A stretch of 64,000 nt of DNA from Leucoraja erinacea (lineage: Eukaryota). The stretch is taken from NCBI RefSeq assembly GCF_028641065.1, contig NC_073384.1, positions 63,860,001 through 63,924,000 of the forward strand. Direction: 5' to 3'. Of this stretch, positions 1-13,022 are shown one piece after another. Numbering within the stretch: position 1 is the first letter of the stretch; each line of letters begins with the position of its first letter. The notes beneath the pieces were generated by a model that was not told where the DNA came from, did not search any database, and was given only the letters and a program-made list of their open reading frames with translations. The position numbers and the translations under genes were made by a program.

Positions 1-99
1 AAAAAAGCAGTAAAATTAAGATATAGTAACATTTCACAATTTGGTAAAGGAAGACAAAAGGAAGACAAAAGGAGAGGGAAAATTGATTAAGATTGAGAA

Positions 100-465
100 T
101 TGAGTATAAGAGTCCCAAAGTCATGACGCAGGACGTTTGGTCTTTGGTAAAGCTCCATTTGGAGTATTGTGTGCAGTTCTGGTCACCCCATTTTGGGAGG
201 TATTGGAAGCTTCTGAGAGGGTGCAGGTGAGGTTTACTAGAATGATACATGGATTAGGGAACATTAGCTACAAGGAGAGATTGGACTGACTTGGATGTTT
301 TCTGTTTTCCCTAGGGAATGCAAGAAGTTGACGGTAGACCTGATAGGTATATAAAATTATGAGAGGCATTGACAGGGTAGACAAACAGAATTTATTTTCC
401 AGGATGCAAATCTCAAATACTAGAGGACATAGTTTTGATGTAAAAGGGGCAAAGTGTAAAGGAGA
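100..465 (+). mobile_element. CR1/HER1-like LINE 3' fragment (left part, split by Helitron; resumes at 3381)
   Basis: Degenerate RT C-terminal motifs (ttggagtattgtgtgcagttctggtcacc; gacctgataggtatataaaattatgag). The sequence continues collinearly at 3381-3610. Confidence 0.8.
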
Positions 466-551
466 CTAGGCCAAGTGGGACGCAGGGGAACGCTGGTCCC
501 CAAACGCAATACTCTACCACTCACCCATAAGTCCCAATATTCACCACTCCC

Positions 552-780
552 TAGAGAGGGAGGGGGTTAGAGAGGGAAGGCCGGTAAAGAAGGAGGGGTG
601 GTAGAGAGGGCGGGGGGTAGAGAGGGAGGGGAGTAGAGGGGGGAGCGGGAGAGAGGGATGGGGGTAGAGAGGGAGGGGGGGTAGAGAGGAGGGAGGGTAG
701 AGAGAGAGGGAGGGGGGAAGAGAGGGGGGGGTAGAGAGGGAGGGGTAGGTGGAGGGAGGTAGAGAGGGCGAGGGAGGGGG
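552..780. repeat. GA-rich low-complexity/minisatellite (ggggtagagaggga)n
   Basis: Imperfect tandem purine repeat seen directly. Confidence 0.9.
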
Positions 781-830
781 TCTGTAGAGCTAATAACAAA
801 CACTCCAAGTAACGATCCAACAGATTAATT

Positions 831-1472
831 TTTTTTTATTTTTTTTTATCAAAAAATGTATTCAATTATTAAAAAATAATATGTACACTACAATAAAACA
901 AGCCAGAGCCCACCACCATAATACAATAAACGTATATCCATAATAAACTATTATACAATTATGATACAATCCTTATTGAGGATACATTCTACACCCTGCG
1001 GAGCCCAGCGGTCCCGGAACCCCCTCAGGGTGCCCATAGACAGGGCGTATTCCCTTTCTAACCACACCGGGGCACGGACGTATCCCCGGAAAAGGGGCAG
1101 GCAGCCGGCTCGGGTAGAGCCCTCCACCGTCTGGCGCCCTGATGGTCAGCTTGACCAGGCCCAGGAGCGACCCAACCAGGACATCTTCAGCCCTACCCTC
1201 TGCCCTACGCACAGCACGGGGTATTCAAAGATGAGGATGGTGGGTGAAAAATGCAGCCAGAAGACAAGGAGCAGCCCCTTTAGGTATTCAAACAGTGGCT
1301 GCAGCCTCACGCACTCCATGTACATGTGATACAGATTCTTCCAGCCAGCAAAAGTGGCAGGCGGCTGGCGAGTCTGTGAACTGCGAGAGAAACAGGTTGC
1401 AGGGAACACCTCAGTGCAATACCCTCCACCCCGGGTCCCAAATGTAGAGGGGGAGAATCCCTGCGTAGAGGG
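831..1472 (-). mobile_element. Tx1-clade LINE 3' fragment
   Basis: Poly(A) tail (T-run at ~829-847). Frameshifted ORF2 C-terminus (HMYMECVRLQPLFEYLKGLL...LLGLVKLTI). Degenerate 14-bp TSD ccaacagattaatt (817-830) / ccaacaggtttatt (1473-1486). Confidence 0.7.
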
Positions 1473-1506
1473 CCAACAGGTTTATTGGCATGTAGTACAT
1501 AAGTTA

Positions 1507-2002
1507 AGGGCCTGTCCCAAGAGCATGCAACCTGCATGCGGCAACGCGACCAAACCGGAAGCGGGGGCCACGCGGAGGTCGAGTGATCCCCGTACAGGGC
1601 CGGTCCCACCAGCATGTGCCTGCATGCGGCGAGCGCGACCAAACCGGAAGCAGGGGCTCCACGGAGGTCGGGTGAGTGACGCGAGGTTCGAGCGAAGTCC
1701 GCGGGAAGTTCGCGCGTGACGTACGGCGTCAAGACGTTGCATACGGCGTTGAGACACTGCGCACGTCCGTCGAGGCGGTGCGTACAGCGTCGAGGCGGCT
1801 GTGGGCCAGCAGGCCGTTGCCGTGCGGAATTTTTGAACACGGTCAGTTTTTCGGAGCCCAGCGCGATGTCGGGACAAGCTCCGCACAACTCCATACGGCT
1901 CTGGCGATCGAAGTGGGACCGGCCCCACGAGGCCGTACGGCTCAAGCAACCACGATCGGTCGCCCTTGCCGCATGGAGTCCCATGCTCGTGGGACAGGCC
2001 CT
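1507..2002. mobile_element. PIF/Harbinger-type MITE
   Basis: TIRs agggcctgtccca...tgggacaggccct, TTA TSD (1504-1506, 2003-2005), and internal copies of the termini at 1596 and 1914-1925. Confidence 0.8.
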
Positions 2003-3380
2003 TTATATTGCATGTTGTCACTGTGACTACATCCCGACTAACCGACTGGTGTTTGAAAGCGTTAGTAATATATGGCGACTATAAGGCAAAACCCGGACTG
2101 GATTATAGATCATATGGTGTGTAACATATGTGTGTTAGTATTAGGTAGAGTAGGTCTACATCTTTCCTCTTAAGAAAATAACGTAACTACAAATACATAT
2201 GTAAGTACAACTAATCAAGTTTAACTGGCGTCTAATAAAATCAGCACTGGAGCAGGTTAAGCATAGTCCCCGTATATAAAGGTAGGTTTGCAAATGCGAC
2301 CCGCATGCGTACGGTACAGGCTTTCATTCCCATCCTTCCCGGCGAGAACTGTGAGACCGGGGGCTGATGGAGCACCGTAGATCCATGAGACGGGTGAGGG
2401 GAGACTGGAGGGCGGGACACTGACTGTGGTGGCAAGAAGGCAAGATGCATGCTGGGCGTAGACTCTGCAAACAGATGCTGGGCCGGGGAAGAGAGTATCA
2501 GTCCTGTGGACTGCAGCCGTCAGCTCGGCTACTGCGTGGGCTCCAGTCCAGGCCCCAACTTCATCTCTGGGCTCATCACTACTTCATCTCTGGGCTTGTC
2601 CCTGACCTCGGACCCAGGCTCGTCCTTGGTTCTACCTGCGGCTTCTTTCTCGGCCCTGGTCATGGCCCCATCCCAAGCCACGGGCTCGGCCTTCACTCCA
2701 GCTACAGACTCGGCTCCAGCCCAGGCCCAGTTGCCGGGCTCGGCCCGCGGCAGCAGCCTCTCCACCAGGCACCAGGCTGCGGCCGGGCGTGGACCCGAGC
2801 GAGGCCGTGGGCGGATGTGGACCCCGAGCGAGGTTGCGGCTGGGCATGGACCTGAGGACTCGAGCGAGGCCACGTGCGGGCGTGTGTGAAACAGGCGCCG
2901 ACCTGACCCATGGTGCCCGCCCACCTCATTTTGACGTCATATCTTTAAAGATCGCGAAGTCGAAATGAAGCATCAAGGAGTGCATCAAGCAGTGAGAATG
3001 AAGCAGGTCGACCGTTGGGTAGGTGGTGAAGCGTTTGAGGAATGCTCTTGAAATGCAGCCGTCCCCCTGTTGTCACTAGAAGCTCTTGAAATATTCTGTG
3101 TGTGAAACGGGCTCCAAGCCGAGCCATTGTGCCCGCCCAACTCATTGTGATGTCATCAGTGGAAGCTGGTCGTTTTAAAAGGAAGTTGGGTTTTTTTTAA
3201 ACTTTAATCAGCAATGAGTCATGAATTAAAGCATAAAATCTTGAATGAAGCTGCTCATTGCTTAGAAGGGAAAAATGTCAGAATATGTAAAAATCTTATT
3301 GTTACCGCAGTGTTTTTGCGAAAATATAAAGACGCACACACACACGCACACAACCGATGAGAGTTTAAAAGTTATAGAGA

Positions 3381-3610
3381 TATACTGAGCAAGTATTTTG
3401 TTTTAAAACAGAGGGTGGTGAGGATCTGGAACATGCTGCCAAGGGTGGGGGTGAAGGCACATGTGTGGCATTCAAGAGACTCTTAGACAGGCACATGTAC
3501 ATGCAAGAAATGGAGGGATAAGGATTACGTGCAGGCATATAAGAGTTGGTCTTGGTATCATGATCAGCACAGACATTGTGGGTCAAAGTTCCTTTCTCTA
3601 TGCTGTCCTG
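3381..3610 (+). mobile_element. CR1-like LINE 3' end (right part of element at 100-465)
   Basis: cagagggtggtg...ggaacatgctgcc...ttcaagagactcttagacagg 3'-end motifs. Confidence 0.75.
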
Positions 3611-3929
3611 GTCTTTCTTCTCATACATCCAAGACTCTGAGGACATTATCCAAGAGCAGCTCAACAGGACCATCGCAGATCTGAATTCTCAAATCACCTG
3701 GGTCACACTATGGAAAAAGAGTGCTATTGAAAATTTGTTATATTGCCCATTCTTGAAAGATGGCTGGCAAAGAGTCTCTTCAAATGTTTGGTTACAAATT
3801 AAAATAAATTACCTGATGGCAATTAAAATGTGAATGTAAAAAAAAGCAGGCTTTGTAGTATTGTTTTGCATTGTGCTTCTTGGCTAGCAATTGCAAGTGT
3901 TTAATGTGGAATCTAGTTGAATGTCACAA

Positions 3930-6482
3930 GCAGGCGGACGACACGAAGCTGGAGGGCAGTGTTAGCTGTGAGGAGGATGCTAGGAGGCTGCAAGGTGACT
4001 TGGATAGGTTGGGTGAGTGGGCAAATGGATGGCAGATGCAGTATAATGTGGATAAATGTGAGGTTATCCACTTTGGTGGCAAAAACAGGAAAGTAGACTA
4101 TTATCTGAATGGTGGCCGATTAGGAAAAGGGGAGATGCAACGAGACCTGGGTGTCATGGTACACCAGTCATTGAAAGTAGGAATGCAGGTGCAGCAGGCA
4201 GTGAAGAAAGCAAATGGTATGTTAGCATTCATGGCAAAAGGATTTGAGTATAAGAGCTGGGAGGTTCTACTGCAGTTGCACAGGGTCTTGGTGAGACCAC
4301 ACCTGGAGTATTGCGTACAGTTTTGGTCTCCTAATCTGAAGAAAGACATTCTTGCCATAGAGGGAGTACAGAGAAGGTTCACCAGACTGATTCCTGGGAT
4401 GGCAGGACTTTCTTTTTTTTTTTTTTTCTTTTTTTTTTTTGTGTTTATTTTATTAGAAGTTAATACAGCACAAAACAGTACAGTGGCACCTAATTTTAGG
4501 TGCCAACTATGTAATACCGTAATCCATTCTATGTACAACCTCTAGTTTTATGTTATAAGAAGGAAGTAAGCAGGACAAGAAAAAGAAAACAATAGAAAGG
4601 GGAAAAAGTGGAAAAATAGATGGTAGAGAGTAGAAAAACGTGAAGTGTGTATATAAAAAAAAAAAAAGGAAGAGAAAGTGGAAAGTAGAAATAGAAGAGA
4701 AGGCCCCTTAAAAGAGAATTTTTCAAATCTGTATTCGGAGATGTAGATCTATCCGCGTCATTAACTGAAATCAGCAATCCTTACGGTACCGCTGCATCAC
4801 ATGATTCCAAAAAGTCGATGAAAGGAGACCAACTCTTGAAGAATTGGTCATATTTATCTATTAGTCGGAGTCTCATTTCTTCAAGGCGTGCTATGTCCAT
4901 CATATTCCTAATCCACATTTTCACATTTGGTGTGGTTGTATTTTTCCAAAATTTAAGTATCAATTTCTTTCCAATTATTAATCCATAATTTAAAAAAACA
5001 TTTTGATCTTTATTTAAATTGGTATCTTCTCCTATTATTCCAAATATAATCCATTCCGTTTTGGGTTCTATTCTTGACTTGAAAATCTTTGTGAATATAT
5101 CAAATATATCACTCCAAAATTTATTCAACTTTGTACATCCTACAAATGAGTGTGTTATATTAGCGTTTTGAAACAAACATTTATCGCATCTGGGAGAGAC
5201 GTTTGGATAAAATTTATTCAACCTCGTTTTTGAATAATAGTCTATGTAATAATTTGAATTGAATTAAATTATGTCTTGCATTAATAGAACAGTTATGTGT
5301 ATTCATCAAATACTTTTCCCATCTATCCTTCGAGATCTTTATCATTAGCTCTTGTTCCCAATCTTCCCTTAATGCTTCTGTTAAGGGTGATTCTCTATTT
5401 AATATATTATTATAAAAGTATGATATTAATTTTTGTGAATCAGCCTTAATATTCATTGCTTCTTCTAAAGGATCTAAAAATATAGTTTGAAATCTATGTG
5501 TATATTTCTTCATAAAGTCACATACCTGTATATATTTAAAATATTGATTATCCTTCAATTTAAATTTTAATTTTAATTGTTGAAATGATAACAGTTTGCC
5601 CACTTCATACATATCCCCTACTTTCCTAATCCCCAGTCTATCCCATTGTTGATATGTGTTGTCGATGAGAGAAGGTTTGAATGCGGGGTTGTTCAATAGT
5701 GGGGTTAGTACTGATAAATTATTTAATTTCAGGGATACTTTTATTTGTTTCCAAATTCTTATTATATTGTGAATAATTGGGTTCTTCTTATATATTATAC
5801 TATTCAATTTTATCGGTGAGAGCAGGATCGTTCCTATATCGTGCGGATAGCACTCCTCTTTCTCCATTCTTATCCACTCCAACTGCTGAGTGGAACTATC
5901 CAGCCAGTATATTATGTTCTTAATATGCACTGCCCAGTAGTAATATATAAAGTTAGGTAATGATAAACCCCCAACTTCTTTAGATTTGCACAAATGCTTT
6001 CGTTGAATTCTAGGGATGGCAGGACTTTCATAGGAAGAAAGACTGGATAGACTCGGCTTGTACATGCTGGAATTCAGAAGATTGAGGGGGGATCTTATAG
6101 AAACTTACAAAATTCTTAAGGGGTTGGACAAGCTAGATGCAGGAAGATTATTCCCGATGTTGGGGAAGTCCAGAACTAGGGGTCACAGTTTAAGGATAAG
6201 AGGGAAGTCTTTTAGGACCGAGATGAGAAAATCATTTTTTACACAGAGAGTGGTGAATCTGTGGAATTCTCTGCCACAGAAGGTAGTTGAGGCCAGTTCA
6301 TTGACTATATTTAAGAGGGAGTTAGATGTGGCCCTTGTGGCTAAAGGGATCAGGGGGTATGGAGAGAAGGCAGGGATGGGATAATGAGTTGGATGATCAG
6401 CCATGATCATATCGAATGGCGGTGCAGGCTCGAAGGGCCGAATGGCCTACTCCTGCACCTATTTTCTATGTTTCTATGTCTA
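3930..6482 (+). mobile_element. CR1/HER1-like LINE (RT C-terminus + 3'UTR), interrupted by L1
   Basis: ADDTKL...[12 protein letters not shown]...RPHLEYCVQFWSP and EFRRLRGDLIETYKIL...FFTQRVVNLWNSLP; tail tttctatgtttctatg. Confidence 0.9.
4413..6012 (-). mobile_element. L1-clade LINE 3' fragment inserted in CR1
   Basis: Poly(A) tail, perfect 17-bp TSD gggatggcaggactttc (4396-4412, 6013-6029), ORF2 C-terminus (GGLSLPNFIYYYWA...CDKC...HSFVGC) with one frameshift. Confidence 0.9.
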
Positions 6483-6529
6483 TTAGGTGTTTAGCAACCG
6501 GGTGATTAGGTAGCTATAGGCGGACTAAA

Positions 6530-6990
6530 CTTTAACTCCCCCTCCCATTCCCATACTGACCTTTCTGTCCTGGGCCTCCTCCACTGTCAGAGTGCAAATT
6601 GGAGGAACAGAACCTCACATTTCACTTGGCAGCTTACACCCCAGCAGCATGAATATTGACTTCTCTAACCTCAAGTAACCCTTGTTTTCCCTCTCTCTCC
6701 ATCCCTCCCCTTTTCTAGTTCTCGAACCAGTCTGACTGTCCCCCTGATTTAATTGTATCTCTGTATGCTTTGTTTTTATCTTCTCCTAGTTAACAATTAT
6801 CTATTCTATGTTTTCCTTGATTGTTATCCCCATGGATGTCTCATTTTCACACGTTACAATTCCTTATCTCTGTTTCACAAAACATCACCCATTCATTCTA
6901 TCCAGAGATGCTGCCTGGCCTGCTCAGTTAATCCAGCATTGTGTGTCTATCTTCGGTGTAAACCAGCATCTGCAGTTCCTTCCTACACGT
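6530..6990 (+). mobile_element. Penelope-like element 3' remnant
   Basis: Similar to the 3' end of the GIY-YIG element at 19353-20412 (tttaactccccctcccattcc...ggaggaacag). Confidence 0.65.
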
Positions 6991-6997
6991 TTAATTA

Positions 6998-7264
6998 AGG
7001 GCCTGTCCCACTAACGCGACTTTTCAGCGACTGTCTTCGACCTTCAAGCTCGAGGGCACTGAGTCGCTTGAAAAACCTCAAGCTGGTTCGACCATCAGCG
7101 ATGAAACCGCGAGCTGGATCGACCGTCAACACACACAACACACAAACATATCGCAAAGGCGGGGGCCAGGGAAAGCGGGGGAGCGTTGTCTGAAAATCAC
7201 ACCCACAATGAACAGGAAGGTAAAAGATGGCTGGCACAATGTACGGTAAGTCTTTTATAAAGCA

Positions 7265-7311
<47 letters not shown>

Positions 7312-7796
7312 GGGGGAGAGAGAAGGGGAGAGAAGGGGAGAGATGTGGGGGAGAAGTGGGGGAGAAGGGGAGAAGGAGTGGAGAGACTTTTAAGAAGCCA
7401 GACAACTTATAATAAAGTTTAGCGGGCATTAACATTACCTGTCGGTTTTCCTTGGTTCTAAAAACTCAAATGAGCCAATTAAAATGCCCGGTCAGCAAAG
7501 GAGATTGCTAGGCAGTCGGCTACCTCGACTGCCTAGCGACCCCACTCCACTGCACTACCAGATCAAAAGAACTATGCCAACCAATTTTCACTTGTGGAAA
7601 AGTTTTCAGCATGCTGAAAATGTTTCCTCGACCAGACTGAAGCTGCGAGTATGCGGGAACTTCCTTCGAGCATGGCGGAGAGTTCCAGTGACCTCCTAGG
7701 ACCTCCTAGGACCACGTTTCGACCATGCTGCGAGTTTGAGTCGAGCGCAAACTCTTCTAAACTCGTAAATTAGGTTGCCGCAGTGGGACAGGTCCT
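6998..7796. mobile_element. PIF/Harbinger-type MITE with internal poly-G tract
   Basis: TIRs agggcctgtcccact / agtgggacaggtcct, TTA TSD (6995-6997, 7797-7799), G-run at 7266-7310. Confidence 0.8.
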
Positions 7797-8189
7797 TTAG
7801 GTAACACTGATTGCCCTAAGCTTCAATGTGCAAAGTCTTCAGTGACTTTGATGAGAACAGGAGGAATGAGTTGTGGTCATTCATCAAAAATAACATACAT
7901 CTTTGCAAACCTCTTTCAACGATTCTATGGTTCAAATATGTGCAGCATATGAGTAGCAAGCTTTTATATTTGAGATACGTTCCCAAGATATGATGGTGTC
8001 ATAATCACAGTGTGTGCAATTGACAAAGTTCTTGATCACACACTTGACAAGTGACTAGCACATCTCGCAAATGTCCCAAGAAGTTATTTTTCATATGTAA
8101 AATATTTCAACCCAATACTGTCTTTGTCTGTGACTACATGCCAACGATGACTAATTGTGAGCAACACACTCAAATTCCAGACATACTGT

Positions 8190-9620
8190 AGTTCAAGAGT
8201 CAAGAGAGTTTTATTGTCATGTGTCCCAGATAGGACAATGAAATTCTTGCTTGCTGCAGCACAACAGAATATGTAAACATAATACAGAATAGGAGATAAA
8301 AGTTCAGTGTGTCTATATACCATAGACCATATATATATACACAATAAATAAACAGATAAAGTGCGATAGTAATAATAGACTGTTATTGTTCAGAGCTTGT
8401 TGATGTTGTGTTTAATCGTCTGGGGAAGTAGCTGTTCCTGAACCTGGATGTTCTAGATTTCAAGCTCCTGTACCTTCTTCCTGATGGCAACGGAGAGGTG
8501 AGTGTGTGGCCAGGGTCTTTGATGATGTTGGCAGCCTTTTTGACGCAGCAATTGTGATAGATCCCTTCGATGGTGGGGAGGTCAGAGCCGATGATGGACA
8601 ACTTTCTGCATTTTTTTCCACTCCTGGACATTCAAGTTGCCGAACCAAGCCATGTTGCAGCCAGTCAGTATGCTCTCTACTGTGCGCCTGTAGAAGTTTG
8701 AGAAAGTCCTCCTTGACAATCCGACTCTCCGTAATCTTCTCAGGAAGTATAGGCGCTGATGCATCAGCGTGCTGGGACCAGATCTTTGGAAATATGCACG
8801 CCCAGGAATTTGAGGTTTTTGACCATTTCCACCATTGACCATCCCGTTGATATAAATGGGATTGTGGGTCCCTATCCTACCCCTTCCAAAGTCCACAATC
8901 AGTTCCTTGGTTTTGCTGGTGTTGAGAGCCAGGTTTTTGTGCTGGCATCATTTGGTCAATCGGTCGATCTCACTTCTATACTCTGATTCATCACCGTCAG
9001 TGATTCGTCCCACAACAGGGGTGTCGTCGGCGAACTTGATGATGGAGTTCGCACTATGTCCGGCTACACAGTCATGAGTATAGAGTGAGTACAGCAGGGG
9101 GCTGAGCACGCAGCCTTGAGGTGCTCCCGTGCTGATTGTTATCGGGGATGACACGTTTCCACCAATACGGATAGACTGGTCTGTGGACGAGGAAGTCGAG
9201 GATCCAATTGCAGAGGGATGCACATAGACCCAGATCCGTGAGCTTGGTAACCAGCTTGGAGAGGATGGTGGTATTAAACGAAAATGTTCTCCCTATCAAA
9301 GCGAGCGTAGAACGCATTGAGCACGTCAAGGAGTGATGCTTAGCTGGCATTTGAGCTGCCTCCTGATTTCGCCCTGTAGAAAGTGATGGCCTTCAAGCCC
9401 CACCACAGTTACCGAACATCCGTCTCATTCTCCAGCTTGGAGCAGGTCCCTTGTGGCCTTTTTAATGGCCTTACCAAGGTCGTATCTGGACCTCTTGTAG
9501 ACCTCTGCATCTCCAGACCTGAATGCCGGGGATCTGGTCTTCAGAAGAATGCAGAAAGCATTCAGACTAACCGAGGAAATAGTCTCTCCCTCCAACTCCA
9601 GCTTTCTATCCAGTGAAATG
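8190..9620 (-). mobile_element. Rex1/Babar-like LINE fragment
   Basis: TGAPQGCVLSPLLYSLYTHDC...IIKFADDT RT motifs and QRLYFLRRLRR; tail (tcaagag)n. Confidence 0.8.
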
Positions 9621-11465
9621 ATTAGTCTGTAAACAGCTGGTTGTGGTTGCACATAGCAAATTCTGTAGCTGGTCACCTTGGTCCTCATAGGGAGTCTTAA
9701 CTAATGCAAAACCCTCACCCTGATATGATATATCTGGTTGCCATCGTTTAGATGAAAGCAAAGTATTAATCAAATCTTCAAAGTCTAAAAGTAATCTCCC
9801 AACAAAATAAAGCAGAATAAATCCTTTGCACCAGCAGGTAAGAAAGCCCCTCTGGCTGCAATATTTACAACTTATATTCCTGGATATTGATTCAATGCTC
9901 TTAATCATGACTGCTTTCACTAGCTAATTCCACAAACACATGTATGGGACATTAAACTAAAACAATATATGCCGCATTAAATCCACTGTAGTACAGTATT
10001 GTACATTCTTTTTTTAGTTAGTCACTTGCCTGCATTTCCAGAACTGATAAGGCAAAAGCAGCCAAAAGCACTCTGGTCTAAATGTGGAAGCCGACAGCTT
10101 TACTTCATAGTGAAAACTCTTTAGTTTAGGTTAGTTTATTGTCAAATGTACTGAGGTACAGTGAAAATCTTTTGCGTGCGAACCAGTTGGCAGAAAGGCA
10201 ATACATGATTAAAAGACAATACATGATTATGGTTTAAATCTCCAGCCTTATCAAATTGCACAAAGATGGGATCACAGCTGATTGGATACTTCCAACCCAC
10301 AACTAATCCCTTCCTCTGATTGTGGGATTAGTTGAAAGGCAGATAGGTCGGTGCAAACCAAAGATCTCTGCTATAGGATCTTTGGTGCAAACACCACTTT
10401 GAGTGCATATTATGAACAATGACGTGGAGTTCATTCACTGAGGCCTGCACTCAATCGATGCTATTATTTGGATACTGACTGAGATTCACGAGTAATTGAA
10501 ATTCTTGTCCCAGACGCCAGGGCTTCCATTCTCTGATTTAATGCAGCAAAGGAATGTGGAGGTCTCACCATTTTAATGGCACATATAAACTCCCCAAAAT
10601 GGCAGGGATTGGATGTAAAGAGGATTCTGCTTCTGCCTTAGGTACGGGTGATCTACTGCCATTTATTTGTAGGAAACCCACAAAATCACTGTGATTTTTG
10701 GACCATAATGTGTATGCATTCTCTTTTTAAATTGAAATGCACACTTTTGTTATAACTATTGATATTTTGACATTAGTAAATTGCATTATTTGTGATGTTT
10801 GTCGATATTATCAATTCTTTCTCCTACCCTTGCCTCTCGGTAGAAAATTCAAAAGATTGGAAGCACATACCACCAGATTCAGGAACAGCTTCTTCTAAGG
10901 GTGAACTCCCAATCTCCCATCCAACATCATTGTGACCCTTGCACTTTTTAATTCTGCATTTTCTCTACAACTGTAATGCTATTATGCTGTAACACTTTAT
11001 TCTGCACTCTGATATTTTTCTTCGCCCTGTTGTGGACGATTTGACTATGATTTGACTAGATAGCACATAAAGATTTTTCACTGCATAGTACACGTGACAA
11101 TAATAAACAAATAGCAATCTTTATAAGAAGTCACCACTTCAAATAGCAACTACAATGATAACATTTTATATGGCTTTTCACCTAATAAAATATCCCAAAA
11201 CACCTTACAAATGGATTATTCGGAAACTTTGGGACCAAACTAGTCCAGATGGCCCTAATTCAGGTCAAAGAAGGGTTTTAATGAGGATTATAAAAATAAG
11301 GAAATATAGAGCACCAATGATTAAAGAGGGGATTCAAGCATTTCGAACTGTGATAGGTGAAAGCAAGGTGGCCAGTGGATCAATAAAAAACTATTTTTTG
11401 GTTATCCTGAATCACAAAAAAGTACTTTGAAACGTTGTCGTAAACCACAACTAAAGCCTTCCTAC

Positions 11466-11653
11466 TTTTTTTGAAGTTGTGTGACTCTGTTCTTGTAAGC
11501 CACGAAGGTCGCCGGCTCAGAAGCCATTGATTTCAATTTTCTCTGTAGAAATAAAGAATCTTTTTGCCCTTTGAGTAAAACATCGATGCTTTCGTCATAC
11601 TCCCGTTTGATGGCCGTCAGAATATTTTTATATGCTGTGGTATTTTCGATTAC
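11466..11653 (-). CDS. CLHC1: Clathrin heavy chain linker domain-containing 1, coding exon 2 (188 bp)
   Basis: AG/GT bounded. VIENTTAYKNILTAIKREYDESID...LKSMASEPATFVAYKNRVTQLQK resembles recalled human [20 protein letters not shown]...LAAEPTALVYYRKRTIQLE. Head-to-head with RPS27A as in human. Confidence 0.85.
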
Positions 11654-12137
11654 CTGAGTAAGGACGAAATAAAGTTATGTTTTAAAATTCAATATAATTC
11701 ACAGCATATGCACATTATTTTCATTTACCGGAATGGAACTTGTTGTCCATCTTTCTCTGCTCGCTTTCAACTTGAATCAACTTGCTGCATGTAAGGCTAA
11801 TATGAGGCGAAGTCAATGGATATTTTTAAGGCTGAGATAGATAGATTCTTGATCAGTAACTAAGGGTGTCAGGGGTTATCGGGAGAAAGCAGGAGAATGG
11901 GGTTGAGAGGGAAAGACAGATCCGCCATAATTGAATTGCTTAGACTTGATGGGCAGAATGGCCTAATTTTGTTCCTATCACATGAATATTTATGTTTCTA
12001 TGCCTTATGTAGTTTATCTAGTTTGTCCCCGTAATAGTCTCGCTATTCTCTGATGGAGAGTTTCTATTCTAATTCTGCAGAAGTACGCCTAAAATAATAA
12101 GAATAATGATATCCGCCACTCACTCACTCACTGTTAC

Positions 12138-12222
12138 CTTGTCAAATGCATTCTTGTAGATAATGTACCTCTGCCCGTCGATTACCTGGGCTGTACTGCC
12201 TAGCTGGTCAGTCTCGGTCTCT
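12138..12222 (-). CDS. CLHC1: CLHC1 coding exon 1, intact 3' half (copy A)
   Basis: ETETDQLGSTAQVIDGQRYIIYKNAFDK|gtaaca, phase 0 matching the next exon. The 5' half of this copy (to ~12330) is frameshifted. Confidence 0.75.
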
Positions 12223-12892
12223 ATTCACGTCCGAATGTGCGTGAGAAAAAGTTCTGTCTCATCTCACTGATAAAAGGCATAACCTCCCCTTTGATCCTTA
12301 AGCTCGTCCGACAGCCCTTGTCCTCCATTTCCCTCAACTGATGTGGGAAGGAATCTTCCTGGGTCTAGCCAGGAGATCCAAAATGCTTTCCAGTGGGAAT
12401 GAATTTGAGTAAGGAACAGTTTCTATAAACCGAATATCCCACAACAAGCTTTCTAAATTCTCGGTCGAGAGGACTATCGCTCATAGGGCAGAACCCGGCC
12501 CGCAGCTCAAAGTCACCAACGTTTAGCGAGAAACCGTGGTCTCGATTTTTTATTCTCCGTCCACGCAGCCGTTGATGCCGCCATTATGTTTCTATGCCTT
12601 ATGGACGCTAGTTTATCTAGTTTGTCCCAAGCCGACAATATGAAAAAACAACTCAGATTATTCTCTGATGGCAGAGATGACATTTATGCAAAATGATGCA
12701 GTAAAGGTTTACATTTCGTTATCATAATTACAGTGGTCGTAGACTCCCAGGATGCAATGCAATTGAGCAGGTTCAGATATAAATCCACCACTTTTTACTC
12801 ACTCACTGTTTTTTAAAACCTTGCTCAAATGTTTTCTGTAGGTGGGGGGGCGGTTACCTCTGTTTGTAAATGATTAGCGAGGCTGGGACTGG

Positions 12893-13022
12893 CTAGCTGG
12901 TCAGTCTCGGTCTCTATGTACGTCCGAATGTGGCTGAGAAGGTTTCTGTCGACTTCACTGATAATGGGCATAACCTCCCGACATTGATCCAGACCCTCGT
13001 CCGGCAGCCCTTCGCCCTCCAT
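12893..13022 (-). CDS. CLHC1: CLHC1 coding exon 1, intact 5' half (copy B)
   Basis: MEGEGLPDEGLDQCREVMPIISEVDRNLLSHIRTYIETETDQL resembles human [27 protein letters not shown]. The 3' half of this copy is garbled. Confidence 0.7.

Larger units (their letters stand above)
466..3380 (-). mobile_element. Non-autonomous Helitron
   Basis: On the minus strand it starts TC (3380) and ends CTAG (466), is inserted between host A and T without TSD, and has a GC hairpin (ggggaccagcgttcccc) near the 3' end. Removing it rejoins the CR1 (ggaga|tatactgagcaag). Confidence 0.8.

Noticed and set aside
551-820. Pro/Leu/Ser-rich ORFs
   Set aside because: Translation of the GA-rich minisatellite.
1307-2929. Many overlapping ORFs up to 225 aa
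   Set aside because: GC-rich MITE/Helitron interior with few stop codons; no recognisable domain or splice logic.
7227-7412. Poly-Gly/poly-Pro ORFs and G45 run (also homopolymers at 17557-17576 and 18377-18396)
   Set aside because: Homopolymer tracts, the first inside a MITE; lengths are unreliable and there is no coding evidence.
9606-9920. Possible further CLHC1 exon
   Set aside because: No similarity to the expected next CLHC1 segment; later exons probably lie left of the window.
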